A stretch of 64,000 bases of DNA from Frankia alni ACN14a (GTDB taxonomy: Bacteria; Actinomycetota; Actinomycetes; Frankiales; Frankiaceae): NCBI RefSeq assembly GCF_000058485.1, contig NC_008278.1:550962-614961 (forward strand). The letters run 5' to 3'. Positions within the stretch are counted from its first letter, which is position 1. Every line of letters begins with the position of its first letter. Below, piece by piece: positions 57,647 to 64,000 of the stretch. The notes beneath the pieces are model-generated. The model did no database searches and was not told the origin of the DNA. It saw only the letters and a list, made by a program, of their open reading frames with translations. A program made the translations under genes and the position numbers.

Positions 57647-58381
57647 TTATCGCGCGCGCCGGCCGCCGACCACGCTCAGCCCGAGCGTCCCGACGATGAC
57701 GGCCAGGAGCAACAGGATGGCCCAGAGGGGTCCGTCCTCGCCGATGAGGGCCTCCTCGCCGATGACGGCCGGGACCCAGACGAACGCGGCGGCCAGTTGG
57801 ATCCGGTGTCCGACGACGCGGCGGCGGGTGATCCTCTCCTGATCGGCCGCATCCGTGATCACCTGCCGGTGCCGGTGCAGCCATCGGACCGGGTCCTCGA
57901 ACCGGGTGGCTCCGGCGGCGAGCAGGAGTCGCTCCAGCCCCGATGGGTTCTCGGCACGCAGCTTCACGCCGTCGACGTAGGCCCCGCGCTCCGCCCGCGT
58001 CGAGAAGTAACCGAACGGAAGGTCGGAGTTCGGCGCCATCGCGGGCCCGAGCCGAAGCGGTGGCACCCGTTGCGGCTCGGTGAACATCAGCAGCAGGTTC
58101 GGCAGGGTCAAAGGCCCCGTGGTGAACAGGTAGGGAATCGTCACCTGACGGGCCAGAACCGGCTCGGGTTCTGGGATGTCCTCCGGTAGCGGCGCGCTGC
58201 TCAGGTCGCGCACGGCAACCCGATCTACCGGGATGGACCATGGACGGTCACCGAAGTACCCGGGGAGAACCAGCGACACCACCCCGGCCTCGTGGACCAC
58301 CCGGGGCTTGCGGACCGCGTACCAGTACGCCTTCAACCGTGTCGCTTCGGCCGGCGTCACCTCGTCCGATTTTCTCGGCAT
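57647..58381 (-). CDS. hypothetical protein with C-terminal TM anchor
   Basis: Good GC3. C-terminal LWAILLLLAVIVGTLGLSVV. No domain recognised. Confidence 0.4.
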   Translation of the reverse strand: MPRKSDEVTPAEATRLKAYWYAVRKPRVVHEAGVVSLVLPGYFGDRPWSIPVDRVAVRDLSSAPLPEDIPEPEPVLARQVTIPYLFTTGPLTLPNLLLMFTEPQRVPPLRLGPAMAPNSDLPFGYFSTRAERGAYVDGVKLRAENPSGLERLLLAAGATRFEDPVRWLHRHRQVITDAADQERITRRRVVGHRIQLAAAFVWVPAVIGEEALIGEDGPLWAILLLLAVIVGTLGLSVVGGRRAR

Positions 58382-58708
58382 ACCGCGAAAGATTTTACCT
58401 GAGGGCGCCGGTTCCGTTCGGGCTTTCGTCCGGTTGCGCGAGGTGACGACGGCGGTTGGAACACCGGGAGATCAAGAAGATCGCGAAGTCGCGGCCGTCC
58501 GACCACCCCCGAGCCGGCACGTTCCCGACGGCGACCTGCGAAACGCCCCGGATCCGGGCGCAGCCAGCCGGCGAAGCGGACACGCACGGTGGTCGACACA
58601 CGGCGGGCGGAGACCGGGGTGGGTTCTCCGGTTGACCCACAGGTGCTTTTCAGGTTCAACAGCGACCGAGGTCAGCCACTTTTCAGCCTTTTCGCCCAAC
58701 GTTGCCAC

Positions 58709-60139
58709 ATGACGTGGATGCCTCCTCCGGCGCCCGAGCCGCACGCTCGCCTCGGGCTGAAACCCAGGCGGCCGCGCGTCACGGCGTGGTCGCGCGATCT
58801 GCTGTCCGAGGATCGGCTTCCCGATCTGGCGGTGCGCCTCGGGCTCACCGCGGTCGGCGTCGCCGTCATCGCCCTGTGGTGGGTGGACACGCCTTCGTCC
58901 CGGGTGCAGACGGCGGCGGCCACGATGACCGCGCTCGGCCGGGTGGCCGGCCTGCTGGCCGCCTATCTCGTGCTGGTGGAACTGATGTTGATGGCCAGGG
59001 TGCCGGCGCTCGAGCGGGCGATCGGCTTCGACCGGCTGGCGTCCTGGCATCGAGGGCTGGGCACGAACATCGTGCTCCTCATCGGTGGGCACGTCCTGCT
59101 GACGGTGTGGGGCTACGGGCTGAGCGCGCACGAGCAGCCGCTGTCCGAACTCGTCACGGTGATCACGCGGTACCCGGACGAGTGGGAGGCGACCATCGGC
59201 GCACTGCTGTTCGTCGCCGTGGGGATCAGCAGCGCCTGGTCGTTGCGCGCCCGGATCTCGTATGAGGCGTGGTACGCGGTCCATCTGACGGTCTACGCGG
59301 CAGTCGCGCTCACCTTCTTCCATCAGATCGCGAGCGGCGAGGACTTCGTCGACCATCCCCGGAACAGGCTGCTGTGGACGGCCCTGTACCTGGCCGTGGC
59401 CGCCTGCCTCGTGGTCTGGCGGATCGTCCTGCCGGCGCGGGCCGACCTGCGACACCGGATGACCGTCGACCGGGTGGTGGTGGAGGCAGCCGGGGTCGTG
59501 TCCGTCTGGATTCGGGGGCGGCGGCTGGACCAGCTCGGCGCACTTCCCGGGCAGTTCCTGCTGTGGCGGTTCCTCGCCCGCGGGCAGTGGGCGTCCGCGC
59601 ACGCCTACTCGTTGTCGATGCCCCCGCATCCGGACCTGCTGCGGATCACCGTGAAGGATCTCGGCGACCAGTCCAGGGACCTCGCCCGGCTCCGGCCCGG
59701 AACCCGCGTGCTCGCGGAAGGGCCGTTCGGGCACTTCACCCACGCCCACGCCCACGCCCCCGCACGCAAGGCGCTGCTGATCGGCGGTGGCAGCGGCATC
59801 GGGCCCGTCCGGGCGGTGGCCGAGGACCTCGTCAACCGGGGCTGGGACGTCATCGTCCTGCAGCGGGCGAGCCGGCCGGACGATCTGCCGCTCGGCGGCG
59901 AGCTGTCGCTTCTCGCCGCTCACGGGCGCCTCGTGTTCCACCAGGTCGTCGGCAGCCGGCGGGAACTCGGCTACGACCCGCTCGCATCCGACATCATCGC
60001 CGTCTCCGTACCGGACGTCGCGCAGCGTGACGTCTTTGTCTGTGGACCCCCCGGGATGACGGCGGTTGTCGCACGCGGGTTGCGTGATCTCGGCGTCCCG
60101 ACGGGTCAGATCCACACGGAGGAGTACAGCCTGCGATGA
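58709..60139 (+). CDS. ferric-reductase-like transmembrane protein fused to FAD/NAD(P)-binding (FNR-like) domain
   Basis: Six TM helices with His ligands, then RITVKDLGDQS (FAD) and LLIGGGSGIGPV (NAD) motifs. Confidence 0.65.
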   Translation: MTWMPPPAPEPHARLGLKPRRPRVTAWSRDLLSEDRLPDLAVRLGLTAVGVAVIALWWVDTPSSRVQTAAATMTALGRVAGLLAAYLVLVELMLMARVPALERAIGFDRLASWHRGLGTNIVLLIGGHVLLTVWGYGLSAHEQPLSELVTVITRYPDEWEATIGALLFVAVGISSAWSLRARISYEAWYAVHLTVYAAVALTFFHQIASGEDFVDHPRNRLLWTALYLAVAACLVVWRIVLPARADLRHRMTVDRVVVEAAGVVSVWIRGRRLDQLGALPGQFLLWRFLARGQWASAHAYSLSMPPHPDLLRITVKDLGDQSRDLARLRPGTRVLAEGPFGHFTHAHAHAPARKALLIGGGSGIGPVRAVAEDLVNRGWDVIVLQRASRPDDLPLGGELSLLAAHGRLVFHQVVGSRRELGYDPLASDIIAVSVPDVAQRDVFVCGPPGMTAVVARGLRDLGVPTGQIHTEEYSLR

Positions 60140-60684
60140 ACGACATCGGCAGTCGCCGCTACCGGGGTCCACTCGGCTTCGCCGCCCTGGCGAGCGCGGT
60201 CGTCCTCGTCGTCGGCGTCAAGACGATTTCCGGCGACGGGTCCGCACCGAGCTCCGCGCTGGCGTCCGCGCCGCCTGACCGGGCCACGGCAGCCGACGCC
60301 GCCCCCTCGGCCTCACCCGATTCCGACCCGTCCGAGGCATCCGCCGCGCCCGACCCATCCGTCTCGTCCGGCTCCGGTAGTGCGGCCGGCTCCGGCGGCT
60401 CCAGCGCCCGACAGACCGTGCGAGGGGACGCGATCGACACCAGGTTCGGGCCGGTACAGGTCGACGTCGTCCTGGCCGGCAGCACGATCGTCGACGTGGT
60501 GCCGGTGGTAGTGCCGGATCAGGATCCACGCGACCGCCAGATCAACGAGTACGCCGTGCCGCTCCTGCGGCAGGAGGTCCTCGACGCGCAGAGCGCGAAG
60601 ATCGATTCGGTCTCCGGCGCATCATTCACCAGCTACGGGTATGCATGGTCCGTCCAGTCGGTACTGGACAAGCTCGGTGCCTAG
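60136..60684 (+). CDS. FMN-binding domain protein (flavinylation target, signal-anchored)
   Basis: N-terminal TM, Ser/Ala-rich linker and a C-terminal FMN_bind-like DSVSGASFTS motif. ATGA overlap. Confidence 0.6.
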   Translation: MNDIGSRRYRGPLGFAALASAVVLVVGVKTISGDGSAPSSALASAPPDRATAADAAPSASPDSDPSEASAAPDPSVSSGSGSAAGSGGSSARQTVRGDAIDTRFGPVQVDVVLAGSTIVDVVPVVVPDQDPRDRQINEYAVPLLRQEVLDAQSAKIDSVSGASFTSYGYAWSVQSVLDKLGA

Positions 60685-61549
60685 CCCGACGAACGCGCCG
60701 AGGCCAGCGGGCCGGACCGGCCGGGTTCACCCCGAGCCGGTGATGGGCACGGTCGTCAGCATCGACGTGCGCACCCCGTTGCCGCCGCCGGCCCTCGACG
60801 CGGCGATCGAGACGGCCGTCGCCGTCCTGCATCAGGCGGACGAGGACTTCAGTACGTTCCGGCCCGAGTCCTGGGTGTCTCGGCTGCGGCGGGGCGAGGT
60901 CGACCTCGCCGACTGCCCGGAGCACGTGCGCGAGGTGTATCGGCTGGCCGGGCGTTGCCGGGACGCCACCGGCGGCTGGTTCGACCCGGCCTGGCGGCGG
61001 GACGGCACCCTCGACCCCACCGGGCTGGTGAAAGGCTGGGCCGCCGATGCGGCCTCCGCCGCCCTGATCGAGGCCGGCGCCCCGGACCACTGCGTCAACG
61101 CGGCCGGCGACCTGCGGATCCGCGGCGCGGCCGGACCGTCAGCCGAGGGATCGTCAGCCGAGGGATCGGGGTCCGGCAAGCCCTGGCGGATCGGCATCGT
61201 CGACCCGTTCGACCGGGGCGGGCTGGTCGCGGTCGTCGAAGGCACCGATCTCGCCGTGGCCACGTCCGGTATCGCGGAGCGTGGCAGCCACGTCGTCGAC
61301 CCGTCGACCGGCGTGCCCGCGAGCGGTCTGGCCTCCGTGACCGTCGTCGGGTCCGACCTGACCGTGGCGGACGCCTACGCGACCGCGGCGCTCGCCGCCG
61401 GGTCGGATACGGGCGACCTGCTCGCGGAGTTCACTCGGGCGGGTTGGGCGTGGCTTACCGTCACGACAACCGGCCGGATCCGCGCCGGCAAGGCCTTCCC
61501 CGGTCAACTGGCCGCCGGGAGACAGCAGCTGGGAATGCCGGCACTGTAG
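60641..61549 (+). CDS. ApbE-family FAD:protein FMN transferase
   Basis: VMGTVVSI, GLVKGWAAD, HVVDPSTG. Start uncertain. Confidence 0.65.
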   Translation: MHGPSSRYWTSSVPSPTNAPRPAGRTGRVHPEPVMGTVVSIDVRTPLPPPALDAAIETAVAVLHQADEDFSTFRPESWVSRLRRGEVDLADCPEHVREVYRLAGRCRDATGGWFDPAWRRDGTLDPTGLVKGWAADAASAALIEAGAPDHCVNAAGDLRIRGAAGPSAEGSSAEGSGSGKPWRIGIVDPFDRGGLVAVVEGTDLAVATSGIAERGSHVVDPSTGVPASGLASVTVVGSDLTVADAYATAALAAGSDTGDLLAEFTRAGWAWLTVTTTGRIRAGKAFPGQLAAGRQQLGMPAL

Positions 61550-61759
61550 CGGGTGGATTCCCGTCGGACGGGCGTGTCCCGCTCGGTCCCGAGGCGTCCG
61601 AATGTGCGGCCTGGCCGCAGCGGACCCGGGCGGTGCAGCCGAGAGGAGTGCTCCGTCCTGGTCCACTCGGGCGGCATGGCCGTGGTCATCCGCCGAGGGC
61701 GGGTCGGGCCGGCGCCGGACTGGGCAGGGGATCGGTTTCGGATCGGCCGCCGTCAGCAG

Positions 61760-61951
61760 CGCCGTCCCGGCGGCGGAAAGACGATCGAGCTGGTCACAGA
61801 GGATCGCGGCAACCAGGTTCTCCTTGCTGGCGAAGTGGCGGAAGACCCCGATCAGTCGGCGATACCAGCTCGCGGACGGTGCCCAGGCCTGTGTCGATCT
61901 CCTGCGCGAGCGCACCCGTGGAAAACTGGTCGTCCGCTGCGGCGACGGGAT
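61760..61951 (-). pseudogene. frameshifted remnant of a TetR-family HTH (two frames: ...FSTGALAQEIDTGLGTV... and ...FRHFASKENLVAAIL...)
   Basis: TetR helix-turn-helix residues are split across two reading frames. The region overlaps the ApbE 3' end on the opposite strand, so an intact gene is impossible. Confidence 0.2.
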
Positions 61952-62368
61952 CTAAGCCTCGGCGCCGGGCGACGCGGGTACCAGGCCGGACGCGCTCACG
62001 GCCTCGATGAGCAGCTTGTCGTAGCTGAGCACGATGTCCAGAGAGTCTCTGAGGTCGAGCGCTGTCGCCAGGTGGATCGCGTCGAGGGTCCGCAACCGGG
62101 CCGGAGGCACGCGGGAAGCGTCGGCGAGCAGCGGTGGAGTGATCTGCACGAGATCCACATCGCTGGAAAGGAAGGACTCCGCCAGGCCGAGTATGGCTGG
62201 GTTGATCAGTCCGAGCAGCCGGGTCAGTTCGACTGCGAGCAGGGCCGACGAGACGAGACGCAGCGGCTGCACCTGCTCGACGAGCCACTGACGAAGGTCA
62301 TCTGACTCCTTCTCGGCGATGAACATCTTTGCCAGGGCGGACGTGTCGAGATAGATCCGCGTCGGCAT
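61952..62368 (-). CDS. vapC: type II toxin VapC (PIN domain)
   Basis: IYLDTSALAKMF...D...LRTLDAIHLATA. Its start overlaps the antitoxin stop (TGATG). Confidence 0.8.
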   Translation of the reverse strand: MPTRIYLDTSALAKMFIAEKESDDLRQWLVEQVQPLRLVSSALLAVELTRLLGLINPAILGLAESFLSSDVDLVQITPPLLADASRVPPARLRTLDAIHLATALDLRDSLDIVLSYDKLLIEAVSASGLVPASPGAEA

Positions 62369-62664
62369 CAGCCCTCGCCGCGCAGGTCGGCGAGCCACTC
62401 GTCGGTGGAACGGCCGGTCGGATTGGCCGCCGGCTCCGGTAGATGCGCAGGGTTGAACGGACCGGTGGCCTGGCGGATCAGGCCGGCGGCGACAAGCTGT
62501 TCGTAGCGGTCGTCCTCCGCCGGAACGATTCTCGCAACGATTCTGCCTCGGTCGGTCACCTCGACCGTCGCACCCGCGCGGACCAGCGCGAGAACCTTGG
62601 CGGTCCGCTGGGAGAGCTCGCGCATCCCCACCCGAGGCTGGCCGCCGTCTGGCAACGCTGTCAT
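62368..62664 (-). CDS. type II antitoxin (Phd/YefM-like)
   Basis: About 98 aa with MRELSQRTAKVLALVRAGATVEVTDRGRIVARIVP. An alternative start lies at 62625. Confidence 0.65.
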   Translation of the reverse strand: MTALPDGGQPRVGMRELSQRTAKVLALVRAGATVEVTDRGRIVARIVPAEDDRYEQLVAAGLIRQATGPFNPAHLPEPAANPTGRSTDEWLADLRGEG

Positions 62665-62729
62665 GCGCTCCACGTTATTACATGTACAGCGCTGTGCCTC
62701 CGCGGCCTCATGCCTGCCCGCCAGCCGTG

Positions 62730-63212
62730 TCAGCGTGTCGAGTGATGATCGTCTATGCGTTGCAGGAGGCGGATCAGCTCCGCGCGTTCGGTCGGGGTCA
62801 GCGGGGCGAGCAGCTCGTCCTGGGTCTGGTCGACGAGCCGGTCCAGGGTGCGCAGCCGGGAGCGCCCGGCCGGGGTCAGTGTGACGATGTTGCGGCGCTG
62901 GTCGGCGGGGTCGGGGGTGCGTTCCACGTACGCGGCCTCGGTCAGGCCGCCCAGCACGGCCACCATGTCGCTGCGGTGGATGCCGGTGCGCTCGCTGAGC
63001 GCGGCCTGACTCGCCGGGCCGGCGTCGCGGAGCGTCACAAGCGTCGCGTACTGCCACCGCGTCGCCCCCACCGCCGCGAGGCGGGCGTGCGAGATCCGGT
63101 CCGCGTGCACCGCGCCCCGGCCGAGGAGCCGGGTGGCCAGCGACCGTAGGCGCGCGGGGACGGCGGTGGGGTCGATCGACCCGTGACGGCCGCGCTCCGG
63201 CATGAACCACAT
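62730..63212 (-). CDS. MarR-family transcriptional regulator
   Basis: wHTH LSERTGIHRSDMVAVLGGLTEAAYVER. Confidence 0.7.
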   Translation of the reverse strand: MWFMPERGRHGSIDPTAVPARLRSLATRLLGRGAVHADRISHARLAAVGATRWQYATLVTLRDAGPASQAALSERTGIHRSDMVAVLGGLTEAAYVERTPDPADQRRNIVTLTPAGRSRLRTLDRLVDQTQDELLAPLTPTERAELIRLLQRIDDHHSTR

Positions 63213-63278
63213 CGTAGCGCCTTGCGTTCGTCCCACCAACGATTTACGTTGGTGCGACAAACGTTAGGAGGACTAACG

Positions 63279-64000
63279 GTGAGGATCCAATCCTTCCGTG
63301 TCGACGTGCCGCAGGCCGACCTCGACGACCTGCAGGCACGCCTCGACCGCACCCGCTGGCCCGACGAGCTGCCGGGCGTCGGCGACGAGTTCGGCGTGCC
63401 GCTGGCCAGAGTCAGGGACCTGGCCGACCACTGGCGCCGCCGTTACGACTGGCGTGCGGCGGAGGCCGAGCTGAACAGCCATCCGCAGTTCGTCACCGAG
63501 ATCGACGGCCAGCGGATCCACTTCCTGCACGTGCGCTGCCCGCGGCCGGAGGCGCTCCCGCTGGTGTTGACCCACGGCTGGCCGGGCTCGATCGTGGAGT
63601 TCCTCGACGTGATCGGGCCGCTCTCGGCCGAGTTTCACCTGGTCGTCCCGTCGATTCCGGGCTGGGGCTTCTCCGGCCCGACGCGCGAGCGCGGCTGGGA
63701 TGTCGACCGCGTGGCACGTGCCTGGGCGGAGCTGATGTGTGGTTTGGGCTATCGGCGGTACGGCGCCCACGGGGGAGACTGGGGGGCCTCGGTGTCCCGG
63801 GCGCTGTCCCAGCACGACGCCGACCACGTCGTCGGCATCCACCTCAACTACCTCCCGACCCCACCGCTGCCCGGCGACCCGGACCGCGCCCGGCTGACCC
63901 CGGGAGACCAGGAGCGGCTCGTCCAGACCGAGGCCTACCTGCGTAACCAGCCGGCGGTTCGGACGATCAACGGCACCCGGCCGCAGACCCCGGCGTACGC
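63279..64000 (+). CDS. epoxide hydrolase (N-terminal EHN domain plus alpha/beta hydrolase), 3' end beyond window
   Basis: FRVDVPQADLDDLQARLDRTRWPDE and HGWPGS. GTG start with a GGAGGA RBS. Confidence 0.7.
   Translation, partial: MRIQSFRVDVPQADLDDLQARLDRTRWPDELPGVGDEFGVPLARVRDLADHWRRRYDWRAAEAELNSHPQFVTEIDGQRIHFLHVRCPRPEALPLVLTHGWPGSIVEFLDVIGPLSAEFHLVVPSIPGWGFSGPTRERGWDVDRVARAWAELMCGLGYRRYGAHGGDWGASVSRALSQHDADHVVGIHLNYLPTPPLPGDPDRARLTPGDQERLVQTEAYLRNQPAVRTINGTRPQTPAY

Overview
This 64 kb window is very high GC (about 70–73 %) with strong GC3 codon bias and many in-frame tandem repeats inside genes. That matches a Frankia-like actinobacterial chromosome, although the organism was not identified by any search. 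I can support about 60 protein-coding genes. I found no rRNA, tRNA, CRISPR array, transposase or integrase. Most long ORFs in the six-frame track are antisense or frame-shifted shadows of real genes, which is typical of high-GC DNA.

Genes from left to right:
- **1–2087:** a conservon CvnA-like sensor kinase running off the left edge. It is missing from the ORF track because its stop lies outside the window.
- **2775–9533:** an orphan S18 paralog (rpsR), a DUF4394 secreted protein, tex with a long RGG-rich tail, a MEDS+HATPase regulator and a peptidoglycan-binding/lytic-transglycosylase-like gene.
- **9582–11489:** an SRPBCC protein and a DUF4407 membrane protein.
- **11646–14069:** a YihY / holin-like / DUF3618 operon.
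- **14174–18946:** an alpha/beta hydrolase, then a reduced Nit1C-like module (sll0783/MSMEG_0572-like gene plus a GNAT–AIR-synthase-like fusion), then a metallophosphoesterase.
- **19983–24944:** an Arn-like aminosugar-lipid cluster (DegT aminotransferase, NAD-dependent epimerase/dehydratase, MGDG-synthase-like glycosyltransferase, EamA transporter).
- **25148–28020:** an NrtR-like Nudix regulator divergent from an SPFH protein and a diverged NAD-kinase-like gene, with two perfect palindromes between them.
- **28021–29399:** a gene-poor 1.4 kb relic region.
- **29400–33145:** a DUF397 + XRE/DUF5753 regulator pair and a flotillin–NfeD pair.
- **33269–35634:** a LuxR response regulator and histidine kinase.
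- **36577–39746:** a PrmC-like methyltransferase flanked by a rare AT-rich inverted motif, then a TetR-controlled FAD monooxygenase.
- **39816–41941:** melC1–melC2 tyrosinase and a DUF427 gene.
- **42023–49189:** housekeeping and accessory enzymes and regulators (pip, GNAT, MarR, VOC, esterase, WYL, SDR, MmyB).
- **49204–57341:** a tightly coupled four-gene SWIM–MoxR AAA–large unknown–vWA operon.
- **57647–64000:** a Fre-like reductase / FMN-binding / ApbE flavinylation operon, a VapBC module, a MarR regulator and a partial epoxide hydrolase.

The best candidate for a previously undescribed system is the yehLMPQ-like SWIM–MoxR–vWA NTPase operon. The next candidates are the NrtR / SPFH / NadK-like module, the orphaned Nit1C components, and the AAAAATGATCA motif flanking the methyltransferase.
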